64,000 nucleotides of DNA, taken from NCBI GenBank assembly GCA_963770565.1, contig CAVYQE010000001.1, positions 64,001 through 128,000 on the forward strand, written 5' to 3'. The notes under the pieces are model-generated. The model was given only the letters and a program-made list of their open reading frames with translations. It was not told the DNA's origin and made no database searches. The stretch is from an uncultured Actinomycetota bacterium. GTDB taxonomy: Bacteria > Actinomycetota > Actinomycetes > JAFAQI01. This document shows, one piece after another, positions 35,465-48,515 of this stretch (the first letter of the stretch is position 1; the number at the start of each line of letters is the position of its first letter). The position numbers were made by a program, and so were the translations under genes.

Positions 35465-35992
35465 ATGGCGATGTACTCCGCAGCAAAATCCGACTCGGGC
35501 TCCCAGCCGCGGTGGCGCCGCATCGCAACGTTCCGCCGTCGCGGCGCCGTGCGCCGCGGCTCAACCCTGGTGCAAACGGCGATCGTGCTGCCGATGGTGC
35601 TGCTGTTTTTGTTCGGCATCTTGGAATACTCGCGCTATGTGATGCTGCTGCAGATCATGAACAACGTCGCCCGCGAGGGTTGCCGCTATGCCGTGATGCA
35701 TACCAACTCGGTCGTCATCAACGGCGTCACTTACGGCAGCAACACGTCCGACGTGACGACGCTCATCGACAATTGTCTGGCCGGACAAGCACTCTCCGGG
35801 CAAACGATCTCGATCTACGGCTCCGACGCCTTGGGCAACAGCACGGGGACCGCCTGGCAAGACACGCAATCCGGCGAGTGGATCACGGTGAAGATCACGG
35901 GCAATTTCGTGTCGATCTTGCCGGGGTTCCTGCACCTGGCCAACGCGGTGCCGATCACGGCGGAGTCGGTCATGCGCAGCGAGAGCAATTAG
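35465..35992 (+). CDS. TadE-like pseudopilin
   Basis: RRGSTLVQTAIVLP, VAREGCR. Confidence 0.85.
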   Translation: MAMYSAAKSDSGSQPRWRRIATFRRRGAVRRGSTLVQTAIVLPMVLLFLFGILEYSRYVMLLQIMNNVAREGCRYAVMHTNSVVINGVTYGSNTSDVTTLIDNCLAGQALSGQTISIYGSDALGNSTGTAWQDTQSGEWITVKITGNFVSILPGFLHLANAVPITAESVMRSESN

Positions 35993-36122
35993 CCGCTCGG
36001 CGGCGCGGATACGAGGGGCCATGGATGAGAAGTGCGAAGCGGGAGTGCGAGGCGGGATGTTGGAACACGTTGTGTATCGGTCCTATCGTTCGCGAATGAA
36101 GTTGACAACCGAGGTGCTCGCC

Positions 36123-38621
36123 ATGCGAAAGAATCATCGACGCCCGCGCCGCCGCGGGATGGTGCTGGTCTTGTTCGTGCTGACGTTGATCGCCCTGTTC
36201 TCGTTCCTGGCCTTGGCGATCGACTTGGGCCTGGTGGCGATGGCCCGCACGCAGTGCCAAGCCGCCGCCGATTCGGCGGCGATGTCCGGCGCGCGAACGC
36301 TCAACGGCACCTCAGGCAACAACTACGGCAGCGTCTCGCCCGATGCGATCGTGTCGGCCACGAGCAACTCGATTCTCGGCCAGCAAGTGGCCAGCAATCA
36401 GGTGACGATCAACATCGGCCGTTATACGTACAACGCGACCAATCAGGATTTCGAAGGGGAATTCCCCGGCCCCTCGACCGACAATTGGACCTTGGTGCAG
36501 GCGCAAGTGACGGCGAACATCACGAATCAATTGGCATTTTCGAAGATTTTCAATTTCACTCCGGCGAACATCACGACCGTCTCGACGGCCGTTCATCGCC
36601 CGCGCGATATTTGCATCGTTCTCGATTATTCCGGTTCGATGCGGTTCGCGAGTCTGTTGGGCATCGGGCCGTCGAGCAATCCGCGAACGGTGAACAATCC
36701 CGACAGCATCTATCCCACCTGGGCGCTTATTCGAGCGGGTCGGCCGCGATGCAAGCCACGTCGTTCTCGTCTCCTTACGACGAAGCGAACATTTCGACCA
36801 CCACCAGCGACGGCCGCCCGCCGATCGTGCAGGATTTTTACAGCGATTCGAGCGGGACGGTGGCGTTTTCGGCGGCTTCGAGTTCCTATGCCAGCACTCC
36901 GGCCGGCGACGTGCCGCTCAAAACCAACAAGAACTCCGCCGCCGGCTATGCGCAAACGCTGGCCCAAGTGCTCAATATCGGCAGCCCAAGCAATTCCACT
37001 TACGACGCGACTTACGAATCGAAGGGCTACAAAGCCTACAGCATGACGGCGGGCTGCTCGCGCTACGTCGAAGGCCCCGCGTATTACGGCAAGACGTTCT
37101 TCAGTTGGCCCCCCGATCCGACCAACGGAACCGACGGCACGACCAACGACTGGCGGAAGCGTTATTTCCTGTATCCCAGCACGTTGACGGGCATGGACGA
37201 CAACTCGAAGCTGTGGAGCACGAGCAACGGCGGCTGGCGTCAACCGGGCAGTTCGACCTATCAAATCAACTACACGGCGATCCTCGATTGGATCAAGAAC
37301 ATCGGCCCCAATCCGTTTCCCACGAGCCTGCGGTCGGGGCGGATCGTGTATTACACGTCGATCCCCAGCACGATCGACACCTCGTCGAATCCTCCCACCA
37401 ATCTGGATCAGCGGTTTTGGAAAGATTATATCGACTATTGCCTGGGGCTGATCGACAACCAGAACGGATCGTGGACGTCGCTCAACGACAACAACGACGG
37501 TCTGGCCGGCTACGGCGCCGATTACACCTGGGGCACGTTCAAGATCACCGCCAAGAGCAGCCTGAGCGGGAGCCCCAAGCCGTTCATGCACTATGGAGAC
37601 AATCCGCTTCGACCGCGGCTCCATTTCTGGTTCGGGCCGATGACGATGATCGACTTTCTCGGCAATTACAACATTTGGTACGATGTCAATCCGAGTTGCT
37701 CGCGCTATTGCTGGTGGCCCGGCACTTGCCACGAAGTCGCCGATGTATGCCTGCAAGCTCGGCATCCAAGCCGCCCTCAACGACATCTCCAACAATCATC
37801 CCAACGACATGGTGTCGCTGGTCATGTTCAGCGTCCCCCGCTCGTCGGCCTCGCAAAACGACGATTGCCGCTTCAATCGGGTGCGGGTGGGCCTGAGCCG
37901 CAATTACACGAACATGATCGAGTCGCTCTGGTATCCCCCCGCGACCGTCGGCAACTCGTCGGCGACGGTGACTCCGTATGACGCGAACAACATCGAGGTG
38001 CCGCGGGCCGAAGGGGGCACCTGCTACAGCATCGGACTGATGCTGGCCTTCAATCAGTTCAGCGCGAATTCGTCGCTCGTGAACTACAGCTCGGGCCAGC
38101 CGGCCGGCGACGCCGGGGGAACGGCCGCAAGGGCGCCCAGAAGATCATCATCTTCGAGACCGACGGCGCGCCGAACACGACCGCCAGCGCCACGCTCGTC
38201 AATAGCGGCTCCTACAATTCGTATTACAAGGTGCGCTACAACTACAGCAGCGCCGCCGGCAGCGAATATCCCGGCAGCATCAACGGCTACTCCGACAACG
38301 CCTCGACCGTCGTCAATCAAGTTCGACAGTCTTTGCACGCAATTGGCGGCCCTCGACAGCGCGGCGACGCCCGGCTATTCGACCGCCTCGAAGCCGCTGC
38401 TGATCCATTGCATCGGCTTCGGCCCCGCCTTCAGCCCCGACAGCGGCACGGCATCGGCCAATACGGCCACGCTCGAGGGCATGCAGACGATCGGCAACGT
38501 CAGCGACGGGATGCCGAGTTACAAGATCATCTACGGCGATCAATCGACGATCGTCAACGATTTGCAGCAGGCGTTCACGAAGATTCTGCAAAGCGGAGTA
38601 CAAGTTTCGTTGATTCAATAG
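36123..38621 (+). CDS. TadG-like pilus assembly protein with vWA domain (frameshifted)
   Basis: RRRGMVLV, LAIDLG, QAAADSAA, IVLDYSGSM MIDAS-like motif, IFETDG. Confidence 0.8.
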
Positions 38622-38643
38622 TCCCGCCCCTGCGAGTGCAAGG

Positions 38644-39426
38644 ATGTTTCCCACCCGAGAAGAATCCGCCGTCCGTTTCGAAGCCGTGACCAAGACGTTC
38701 GCGCGGCCCGCTCTGCCGCCGCCGCGTGAGAGCCTTGGAGGGCGTCAGCTTTTCGATCGCCTCCGGCGAAGTGTTCGGACTGATCGGCCCCAACCGGGCC
38801 GGCAAGACGACTTTGGTCAAGATACTGCTCTCGATTTGCCGGCCGACCTCGGGCGCATTTGGCGGCTCGGGCGGAGCGGCAAGGATCGCGGCACACTCGC
38901 CCGCGTCGGTTATGTGCATGAGAGCCAGGCGTTTCCCCGCTATCTGACGGCCCACAATTTGCTCGAATACTACGGTGCGCTGTCGCGGCAGCCGGCGACG
39001 GTCGTGCGTCGCCGCGCCGCGGAATTGCTCGAGCGATTCGGCCTGGCGGATCGCAGCCGCGAGCCGATCGGCCGGTTCAGCAAGGGGATGGTCCAGCGGC
39101 TGTCGATGGCCCAGGCGCTGATCAACGATCCCGAGTTGCTGGTGCTCGACGAGCCGTCGGAAGGGATGGACCTGGCCGCGCGGCGGCTGTTGTACAACGT
39201 GATCCGCGAGCGCCGGGAGCAAGGGCATACGGCGGTGCTCGTCTCGCATTTGCTCGGCGACGTCGAGCGGCTGTGCGATCGCGTCGCCGTGCTGCGCTGC
39301 GGCAAGCTCGGCTTCCTCGGCACCGTCGGCGAACTTGAAGGCGATGCGCCGAATGACGATCCCCACGACTCGGCGGCGACCTTCGAAGAAGCCTTGGAGC
39401 CCTACTACGCCGGCGTGGGGAATTAG
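38644..39426 (+). CDS. ABC transporter ATP-binding protein (frameshifted)
   Basis: [30 protein letters not shown]. Confidence 0.9.
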   Translation: MFPTREESAVRFEAVTKTFARPALPPPRESLGGRQLFDRLRRSVRTDRPQPGRQDDFGQDTALDLPADLGRIWRLGRSGKDRGTLARVGYVHESQAFPRYLTAHNLLEYYGALSRQPATVVRRRAAELLERFGLADRSREPIGRFSKGMVQRLSMAQALINDPELLVLDEPSEGMDLAARRLLYNVIRERREQGHTAVLVSHLLGDVERLCDRVAVLRCGKLGFLGTVGELEGDAPNDDPHDSAATFEEALEPYYAGVGN

Positions 39427-39568
39427 CGCCTTGGCGACCTCACGCTAGCCCGACGCGCTAGCGAGGGAGCACGCTCCGCGAGCTTGCGAGTTTATTAAGA
39501 TGATCGCCGTGAGTCCTTGTTCGCCGTGCGAGCTTTGACGTTCGAATAAGGACTTACGACAACAAAAT

Positions 39569-39974
39569 GGGCTGTACTGGGTTTTGAGTGGGCGACGCGA
39601 AAATCCTCGTGATTCGCGCATCCCTTCTTTTGGTAAGTGTAGCGGTGTTTCGGAGGCGAGAAGGGTGCCAGCAGGCCGGGTTGCCGGTCTGGAGTGAATG
39701 GAGGTCTACGATCTGCCGCGCTGCCCACGCCCATGGAACGCCTGAGCCATGCCTTGAAAATCCTGAGGGAACCCACCCAAGACCCGAAATACTCAGCAAT
39801 GTTTTCATCCACAGATTGCATGGCGCAGCCGTCAGGCCGCAACCAAGTTTTTACACGAGGTCACGGAAAAACCGAGAGCGAGAAAGCACGGCGGCAGGAC
39901 AGATCTGGAAACACTAATCATCGCTAATCAGCGCGAATTAGTGCCGATTAGTGCCGATTAGTGTTCCTAAAAAC
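39569..39974. mobile_element. Dispersed ~400-bp non-coding element (family B)
   Basis: Begins GGCTGTACTGGGTTTTGAGTGGG; closely related inverted copy at 50160..50526. Confidence 0.75.
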
Positions 39975-40098
39975 GACGAGACTTGCAATCGACTCCGACA
40001 ACCACGCGATTTCGCGCGGCCCCACCGCAATCTCCAGTCCCACCGCGCAGCGGCTGGTAGCCACTGCTACGACGAAGTCCTCAACCCCTTGCCCCCCT

Positions 40099-41092
40099 AT
40101 GTCCACCACCATCCGCTGGCTTATTCGCGACACGTTCCGCCAATCGTTGGCCTATGGCATCTTTTGGATCTTGCTGGCCGTGAGCGTCGTGACGATCGGC
40201 GTTTGCCTGAGTGTGCGCATCGAAGGGGCCCATGCACTGGCCGCGGCGGGCGACAAACCGGACTTTCTTCCCCAGAGCGATCCCGATGCGCACGACGCCG
40301 CCAAGCTCAAACAATCGGGCGTGGCCGTGGTCGGCGGCGAATTGACGATGGCCTTCGGGGCGATCCGCATTCCGCTGGGACGCGACGATCGGCACGCGGT
40401 GCATTTCGTGCAATTGCTGTTGGCCGGCGGAGTGGCCGATACACTCGGCTTGCTGCTGACGCTGATCTGGACGGCCGGCTTCCTGCCCGGCTTTCTCGAC
40501 GGCCGGAGCGTGAGCGTGTTGTTGGCGAAGCCGGCGCCGCGATGGCTGCTGTTGGTGGGCAAATATATCGGGGTGCTGACATTCGTGCTGTTTCATGCCA
40601 CGCTGTTCGTCGGCGGCACCTGGCTGGCGATCGGCCTGCGGACGGGAATCTGGGACGCGGCCTATCTGTATGCGATCCCGCTGCTGTTGCTGCATTTCGC
40701 CGTGTTTTTCAGCGTGTCGCTGCTGCTGGCCGTCTGCACGCGGAGCACGGTGGTCTGCGTGTTCGGCTCGATCTTGTTTTGGTGCATCGCTTGGGGAATG
40801 AACTACGGCCGCAACGTGCTCGAGGCCAGCGCAGCTCATGCCGGGCGGCCACTTTTCCTCGTCGATCGGTTTTCTCGTCGATCTGGGCTATTGGATTTTG
40901 CCCAAGCCGGCCGATTTCGGGATGCTGCTCTACGACGCGCTCGACGCCAAGACCTATTTCGGCTCGGCGTTCGATATCCACGCGCTCTCGGCCCACGGCT
41001 TCTCGATCGTGCTCTCCGTGCTCACGTCGCTGGCCTTCACGGTCTACATCCTGGTCGCCTCGGCCCGTAAATTCGCGGCGACCGATTATTGA
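40099..41092 (+). CDS. ABC transporter permease (frameshifted)
   Basis: LIRDTFRQS, LLAKPAPRWLLLVGKY, multiple transmembrane segments. Confidence 0.8.
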
Positions 41093-41100
41093 GCGGTCCC

Positions 41101-41660
41101 ACTAGCCCGACGCGCCAGCGAGGGCGTCGGAGCACACTAGCCCGACGCGCTAGCGAGGGAGTGCGCTTGGCTAGCAATCTGTCCGAGAGCCAGCTTATCT
41201 TCCGGTGGGCATTGCCCAAAGGGGGTCGGGAGTCGATTTCGCCATGCTGCCGGTTCGCACTACGAATCGTTCAGCCGGCGAAATCGACTCCCGACCCCTT
41301 TCCGCGGCGAGCATCTTCTCGCCGCGACGGATTATCGAGCGGTCCCACTCGCCCGAAGCGCTAGCGAGGGCGTCGGAGCACACTAGCCCAACGCGCTAGC
41401 GAGGGAGTGCGCTTGGCTAGCAATCTGTCCGATATCCGGCTTATCTTCCGGTGGGCGTTGCCCAAAGGGGGTCGGGAGTCGATTTCGCCATGCTGCCGGT
41501 TCGCACTACGAATCGCTCAGCCGGCGAAATCGACTCCCGACCCCTTTCCGCGGCGAGCATCCTCTCGCGGCGACGGATTATCGAGCGGTCCCACTCGCCC
41601 GAAGCTGCGCTTGGCTAGTCTTGACGCTCCGACTCCCTCGCTAGCGCGTCGGGCAAGTGT
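41101..41660. repeat. Tandem (246-bp period) copies of MITE family C with flanking REPs
   Basis: GGGGTCGGGAGTCGATTTCG...CGAAATCGACTCCCGACCCC twice; CTAGCCCGACGCGCTAGCGAGGG REPs. Confidence 0.85.
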
Positions 41661-41727
41661 CGCGAATGGGCCAATCGTCGGTCGGGCCTTCATGATTTCG
41701 GTCGAGAAATTCTTTTTTCTCAACCGC

Positions 41728-41786
41728 TTGCATCGGGCTAACAATGCCATTAGAATAGGTCGAAGAGATGAGAATGAGTCTCAATT
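41728..41786 (+). promoter_or_regulatory. feo promoter with a Fur-box-like operator
   Basis: -35 TTGCAT, 17 bp, -10 TAGAAT, then TGAGAAT-G-AGTCTCA resembling the Fur 7-1-7 box. Confidence 0.65.
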
Positions 41787-41884
41787 ACCTTAATGCAACC
41801 TCTTGCTCGACGCGAATTGCCGGCCAAAAGGCCCGAGCCGTTGCCCCACCCTCCCGCCCGGCGCATTGCCCCGAGGACGACACC

Positions 41885-42121
41885 ATGAGCGAACTGATTC
41901 CGCTGGATCGTATGCGGGCGGGCGAAATCGCCCAAATCGTCGAGGTCGTCGGTCGTCCCGAGCAGGTGCAACGCATCAAGGAGCTTGGCTTGCGCGGCGG
42001 CGTCGAGGTGGCGATGGTTTGTGCCGGGCGGCCCTGCATTCTCCGTTTGGCGGGACAAACACTCAGTTTTCGTGCGAATGAGTTTCTCAATGTGCTGGTC
42101 CGGCCCGCCGTGACCGCCTGA
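41885..42121 (+). CDS. feoA: Ferrous iron transport protein A
   Basis: LIPLDRMRAGEIAQI, RIKELGLRGG. Confidence 0.85.
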   Translation: MSELIPLDRMRAGEIAQIVEVVGRPEQVQRIKELGLRGGVEVAMVCAGRPCILRLAGQTLSFRANEFLNVLVRPAVTA

Positions 42122-42132
42122 ATTGCGCTCTC

Positions 42133-42359
42133 ATGTGGCTCAACGAATTGGCGATCGGCGATAAGGCGCGGGTCGTTCGCGTCAACGGATTGGACGATGT
42201 GCAGCGCGCGGCTGCTGGAAATGGGTCTGACGCCTGGCGTCGGACTGGCGATTCTCGGCGCGCGCGCCGATGGGCGATCCGATCGAATTGGAATTGCGCG
42301 GCTACCGGCTGAGCGTCCGCAAATCGGAAGCGGCCCGCGTCGAAGTGGAAGCCCTCTAA
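42133..42359 (+). CDS. feoA: Ferrous iron transport protein A, second copy (frameshifted)
   Basis: [31 protein letters not shown]. Confidence 0.85.
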
Positions 42360-42408
42360 GCCGACTGCACGCGTCCGTCCTGCCTTCGTGCCCCTGCCCC
42401 CTGCTCCC

Positions 42409-44753
42409 ATGCCCGCCACCATTCTGCCGACGAAAACGCTGACGGTGGCTTTGATCGGCAACCCGAATACGGGCAAATCGACGCTGTTCACGGCGCTGGC
42501 CGGCGTGCGGCAACGGGTGGGCAACTATCCGGGCGTGACGGTCGAGAAGAAAATCGGCCATCTGGAATATGCCGGCCAGCGGTTTGCGCTGGTCGATCTG
42601 CCCGGCACCTATAGCCTCGCGCCCCGATCGCCGGACGAAATGGTGGCGGTCGATGTGCTGCTGGGGCGGCGCGGCGACGTGGCGGCCGCCCGACGTGGTG
42701 CTCTGCATCGTCGATGCCAGCAATTTGGAGCGGAATCTGTATCTCGTCAGCCAAGTGCTGGAACTCGGGCTGCCGACGGTCGTGGCGTTGAACATGATCG
42801 ACGTGGCCGCGGAGCGCGGCGTGAAGATCGACGTTCCTCGATTGGCCAAGCGGCTGGGCGTTCCCGTGATCGAAGTGCAGGCGAATCGCCATCAGGGGGT
42901 CGAGCAGCTCAAGGTGACGTTGGCGGCGGCCCCGAATCGGAGCCCCGGCTGCGATCGAGAGCCCGCTGCCGGAGGCATTTCAGGCCGAGGTGGCGCGGCT
43001 GTCGGCATTGTTGGCAACCAACGGGCGTGCGGCCGCGGCATCGACGGGAGTGCCACCAACGGAAGTGCCACCAACGGGAGTGCGGCCAAGCCGGGGCGGC
43101 CGGCATGGCCACGCTATCTCGTCGAACGCCTGCTGCTCGATACGAGCGGCTATCTCGAGCAATCGGCCGGCAACGGCGCGCACGGCGATTTGCCGACCGC
43201 GCTGCAGGCGGCGCGGGGCCGGCTCGCCGAGGCGGGCTGCCAGGTGCCGGGGATCGAGGCGATGGCCCGCTATGAATGGGTCGGCAAGATTCTCGATGGA
43301 GCCATCAGCCGGCCGACCGAGCGGTCGGTGTCGCTCACCGACAAGCTCGATCGGATTCTGACGAATCGCTTTTGGGGCACCGCCGTGTTCGCGGTGTTGA
43401 TGCTGCTGGTGTTCTCGTCGATTTTCATCGCCTCGAAGCCGCTGACGGATTCGATCGGCAAAGGCTCGGATTGGCTCGGCGGCCGCGTCGAAGCGATCAT
43501 CCCGGCCGGCGCACTGCAATCGCTGGTGTCGAAGGGGATAATTGCGGGGGCGGGCAGCGTGATCCAATTCCTGCCGCAAATCTTGATTTTGTTCGGGTTC
43601 ATCGCCGTGCTGGAGGATTGCGGCTACATGGCCCGCGCCGCCTATCTGATGGACCGGCTGATGGTCCGCGTGGGGCTCAGCGGCAAATCGTTCATCCCGC
43701 TGCTCTCCTCGTTCGCCTGCGCGATTCCGGGCGTCATGGCGACGCGCGTGATCGAAAACCGTCGCGACCGGCTGACGACGATCCTGGTCGCGCCGTTGAT
43801 GAGCTGCTCGGCGCGGCTGCCGGTCTATGCGCTGTTGATCGGGGCCTTCATTCCGGACCGCAACTTATCTCGGCGGCTGGCTCGGCCTGCAAGGACTGAC
43901 GCTCTTCGCGATGTATTTGGTCGGCATCGTCACGGCCGTGGCCGTCGGCGCTGGTGCTGAAGAAAACTCTGCTGCGCGGGGCGACGCCGCCGTTCGTGAT
44001 GGAGTTGCCTCCTTACAAAATCCCGTCCATCACGATCGTTCTGCAGCGGATGGTCGAGCGGGGGTGGACGTTCATGCGGCGGGCGGGAACGTTGATCGTG
44101 GCGGTGGCGGTCATCGTGTGGGCGTTGCTCTATTATCCGCACGATCCGGCGGTCGTCGCCCGCGATCTTGGGCAGCAGCAGTCGCGCGTCGAGCAACGGC
44201 TGGCGGCCACCGGCGCCGCGGCGCCGGCGGCCGCCGAGCGTCGAATCGCTCGAGCATGAGCTGGCCCGCTTCGGCGATGCCGACGAGCGCAAGAAGCTCG
44301 AGGCAGGCGCCTATCAGCGGCAGAGCCTGCTTGCCAAAATGGGGCATGGGATCGAGCCGGCGGTCCGGCCGCTGGGTTGGGATTGGCGGATCGGCTGCGC
44401 GGCGATCGCCTCGTTTCCGGCCCGCGAAGTCGTGCTCGGCACGCTGGGGGTGATTTACAACCTCGGCGACGAAGTCGATATGGACGACACGCAGGGACAA
44501 ACGCAGTTGCAGACCGAATTGCGGCGGGCCAAATGGGATGGCACCGAACCGCCCGGTGTATACGATTCCCGTGGCGCTGTCGTTGATGGTGTTTTTTGCT
44601 CTCGTGCGCCAGTGCGCGGCCACTTTGGCCGTCATCAAGCGCGAGACGAACAGTTGGAGATGGCCGATTTTCACCTTCACCTATATGACCGTTTTGGCGT
44701 ATATCGCCGCCTTGGCAACGTATCAGATCGGCGCCTGGATCGCCGGAGCGTGA
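42409..44753 (+). CDS. feoB: Ferrous iron transporter B (several frameshifts)
   Basis: [56 protein letters not shown]. Confidence 0.95.
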
Positions 44754-44828
44754 CCCCGGCGGCGAGCCGGATTTGCGCGGGCGGCGGCGGCGCTCGACAG
44801 ACATGAGATTCATTTGCGGGTGACTGGA

Positions 44829-45020
44829 ATGACTTTCGACTGGCAAACTGCGATCGCTGGGGCGCTGGTTCTCGCGGCGGCCGTCTATCTGGTCCGTTGC
44901 GGTTGGCGCGTAGTCGCCCGCAAAGGTGGCGGCTGCGGCTCATGCGGCCATTGTGCCGCCACAAAGACGCCGGCGGGCAAGCAACTCCTGACGCTCGACC
45001 CGCCGCGAAAGCCGTCGTAA
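44829..45020 (+). CDS. FeoB-associated Cys-rich membrane protein
   Basis: N-terminal transmembrane helix, then GGGCGSCGHC; directly after feoB. Confidence 0.75.
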   Translation: MTFDWQTAIAGALVLAAAVYLVRCGWRVVARKGGGCGSCGHCAATKTPAGKQLLTLDPPRKPS

Positions 45021-45195
45021 GCGATGGCAACCGCCGATCGCAGCATCGGTCGCAATCGGAATACTAGCCCGACGCGCAAGCGAGGGACGCGCTTGACCGG
45101 CGTGCCTTTCTTCGTAGCGGTGGCTTCCAGCCGCCGTCAATCGGTTTTTGATTGTGGCGTTTGGCGACCGCCGGTAGAGCGGCTCTCCGCGAGGC

Positions 45196-45622
45196 TAGGC
45201 TGTGCAAAATCAGCCGTCCGCATGTCCGAAAGTTTATCCGCTTTTTGTTCCGCTCAGGCGCACGGCGTGGTCGGCCGAGTCCGTTTCGACAGCAACCCCA
45301 ACGGGGTTACGGCTCTAGCCCAGGGTTGTTCGCCGTAGGCGAACTACCCTGGGTTCGAATCGGCGCAACAGCTTTTCAACCCCAACGGGGTTGCGGCCGA
45401 CGTCGCACGCCGGCGCGGGCCGCAACCCCGTTGGGGTTGTGAAGAAACAGGATTTGTTGCCTTTCGGACCCAGGGTAGGCCGCTGGCGCGGTCAACCCTG
45501 GGCTAGAGCCGTAACCCCGTTGGGGTTGAAGCAAGGCGCGGCAGTGTCCGATCGCGGAACAAAAAACCGCCCAAACCGCCGATTCCAATTCGATCTGAAA
45601 CCGTCACAGATTTCACAGCCTA
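45196..45622. mobile_element. MITE family A copy (427 bp) with AACCCCAACGGGGTT REP cargo
   Basis: TAGGCTGTG...CACAGCCTA ends; subterminal TTTTTGTTCCG motifs shared with 25547..26419. Confidence 0.75.
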
Positions 45623-45816
45623 CCCCGAGCCGTCCGATCGAATCGGGACGGCTCGGGAGAGCCGTCCGATCGAATCCAGACGGCTCGGGAGAGCGTCCGA
45701 TCGAATCCAGACGGCTCGGGAGAGCCGTCCTACACTCGCCTTCGGCAAGCGGCGGTGCGGCGATTCCCTCGCTAGCGCTTCGGGCTAGTGTGCCGAGCGC
45801 TCGCGCCAATTGGGAA

Positions 45817-46885
45817 TCAGCCCACCCATTTCACGGCCGCCGATTTCACGAGGCAGACCACCTCGGCGTTCACTTCCAGGCCAAGTTCGCGGGCGGATTC
45901 TCGCGTCACTTCCGCCCACAGCAAGACGCCCGCGTCGATCGCCACGAACATGCGCTCGGCCAGCGGCACCATCTCGCGGACGCGGCCGGGAAACTGATTG
46001 CGAATGCTCAGGCCGGCGATCGGCGCACAGGCTCAGGGCGACGTCGCTGGGCAGAAACTGCACGTAAACCGGCGCGGCCCGCTCCCCGGCGGCGCCTGGC
46101 AAGCGAAGCGGATGCCCTCCGACGCGCCCTTCCCAACGGCCCGCGACCTGCCGCACGTCGTCAACGCGCACCAGATTGAGCGGGCCGGGGCGCGATTGCA
46201 TCTTGGCGATGACGGCTGCGTCGAGCGCGGCGACCGTCGGCCCGGCATCGACCACTTTTCCCGCTTCGAGCACGACGACCCGCTCGGCGAGCCGGCGGAC
46301 GTCGGCCTGATCGTGGCTGACGAACAGCGTCGGAATCCGCCACTCGGCAAGCGCCCGTTCCAGATAGTCGAGAATCCGCTGCTTGAGGCCCCGATCCAGG
46401 GCCGTCAGCGGCTCATCCATCATCAACAGGGCCGGGCCGCGCAGGATGCCGCGGCCCAGGGCGACGCGCTGCTGCTGCCCGCCGCTGAGCTGCTGCGGAT
46501 AGCGATCCAACAGGCCGCCGAGTTCGAGAATCTCGACCAATTTGGCCAGCCCAATCGGCTTGGTCTTCTGCCGCCGTTGGCCGAACCGCAAGTTGTCGGC
46601 CACCGTCAGATGCGGAAACAGCCGATGCTCCTGGAAGATGACGCCGACCTGCCGCTTTTCCGGCGGCAGGCAGATTCGCCGGGCCACGTCGAGCCAAACG
46701 GTTTCGCCCAGCGCGATCCGTCCGGCTTGGGGCCGCAACACGCCGGCGATCAGGGCCAGGCAGGTGCTCTTGCCGGCCCCCGACGGTCCGAACAGCGCGG
46801 TCACTCCGCCGTCGATCTCGAACCGCGCATCGAGTTCGAAACCGGAGGCAAAGCGGTGGCGGCAATCGAATTCGAGGCGGCGCAT
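45817..46885 (-). CDS. modC: Molybdate ABC transporter ATP-binding protein (frameshift near the end)
   Basis: GPSGAGKST, LSGGQQQR, MMDEP, C-terminal TOBE-like region. Confidence 0.9.
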
Positions 46886-46889
46886 GGCG

Positions 46890-47578
46890 TCAGGTCGGCG
46901 ACCGCTCCCCGCGCCCGCGACGATCGAGATACTCGCCGAGCGCCATGGCGGCGGCCGCGATGACGATCGACGCGGCGACGAGCCGCCAGGCTCGCTCCGC
47001 GCCGTCGGGCGATTCGAGCAAATTGTAGATCGCCAGCGGCATCGTCCGGGTCTCGCCGGGGATGTTGCCGGCGATCATGATCGTGGCCCCGAATTCGCCC
47101 AAGCCGCGGGCGAAGGCCAGCACGGCCCCGGCGACGACGCCGTTGCGCCCAGCGGCAGAGTGACGTGAAAGAACGTGTCCCAGGGGCCGGCGCCGAGAGT
47201 CCCGCGCCGCCTGTTCGAGCCGCGGATCGACATTCGAGAATGCCAACCGCATCGAGCGGACCATGAACGGAAATCCCATCACGGCCGCGGCCAAGGCGGC
47301 CCCTTTCCAATCGAAGACGATTTGCCAACCGAATCCTCGATCGAGCCAGCGACCGATAAATCCCCGGCGGCCGAATGTCACCAGCAGCAGATAGCCGGTC
47401 ACAACCGGCGGCAGCACCAGCGGCAGATTGACGAGCGTTTCGACAAGCGTTTTGCCGATGAATCGCCGCCGCGCCAAAAGCCAAGCCAGCGCCATCCCCA
47501 ACGGCAGACTCGCCACGACTCCCGAGAGCGCACCCACAGGCTCAGCTTCACGGCGGAGAATTCTTCGGCGGTGAACAT
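46890..47578 (-). CDS. modB: Molybdate ABC transporter permease (frameshifted)
   Basis: NLPLVLPPVVTGYLLL, FARGLGEFGATIMIAGNIPGETRT. Confidence 0.92.
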
Positions 47579-47593
47579 GCCAGCCCCCGGGCC

Positions 47594-48400
47594 TCATTTC
47601 AACCGCGTAAAACCGAATTGCGCGAACACGGCGGCCGCCTTGTCGGAGAGCAGATAGGCTTCGAATTTCGTGGCGGCCGGGTTGCGCTTGCCGCGCTTGG
47701 TCAGCACCAGGGGATAAACGATTTTGGCGTGGGTCTGCGGATCGAACGTGTAGACGGCGGTCACTTTCGTGGACAGCTTCGCGTCGGTGGCATACACGAT
47801 CCCCGCCTCGACTTCGCCCCGCTCGACGTAGCCGAGCGCCGCCCGCACGTCTTCGCCGCGGACGATCTTGCGTTGTCCGGCGAGCCGCCGATAGAGCTGC
47901 AGCTTTTCGAGCGATTGTTGGGCGTAGATTCCGGCGGGCACTTTTTCGCCGGCCAACGCGATCCGCCGCACCGGCTGCTTGGCCAGATCGGCCGGCGCGG
48001 CGATTTTCGCCGGGTTTCCCCGCGGGACGACAATCACCAAGCCGTTGCCCAACAGCGGCCGCACGTCGGCGGCCAATCCTTCGGTGCGCACTTTTTCGGC
48101 CCATTGCCGATTGGCCGAAAGGTAGAGATCGGCCGGAGCCCCGTTGATAATCTGGTTGGCCAGGGCGTTCGACGGTCCGGGACTGATGACGATTTTGACG
48201 CCGGTCTTTTTTTCGAACGCTCGGGCGATTTCCGCGACGGCGTCTTGGGTGCTCGCCGCGACGAGGATCGTGGCGGAGGGAAGCGGCGCATCGGCGGCCG
48301 CCGCAGCCTGCGGCGCGATCGCGATCGCAATCGCGCCGAGCGCCGCGGCCAGCTTCAGGATGCGGCCAAGCGGCCGATTCGGTGGGCAAATGCCGGACAT
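47594..48400 (-). CDS. modA: Molybdate-binding periplasmic protein
   Basis: AASTQDA, QIINGAPADLYLSA, VPAGIYA, GIVYATDA. Confidence 0.92.
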   Translation of the reverse strand: MSGICPPNRPLGRILKLAAALGAIAIAIAPQAAAAADAPLPSATILVAASTQDAVAEIARAFEKKTGVKIVISPGPSNALANQIINGAPADLYLSANRQWAEKVRTEGLAADVRPLLGNGLVIVVPRGNPAKIAAPADLAKQPVRRIALAGEKVPAGIYAQQSLEKLQLYRRLAGQRKIVRGEDVRAALGYVERGEVEAGIVYATDAKLSTKVTAVYTFDPQTHAKIVYPLVLTKRGKRNPAATKFEAYLLSDKAAAVFAQFGFTRLK

Positions 48401-48515
48401 GTTGCAACACGCAGTTGGCCAATGGCTGCTTCGGAAAGCTGCGCAGCGGCGCCTCGAAATCTCGGCGGACGCCGCGACAACACAGGCGTCATTCTAACAC
48501 GGGAGCGGCCCCCTT

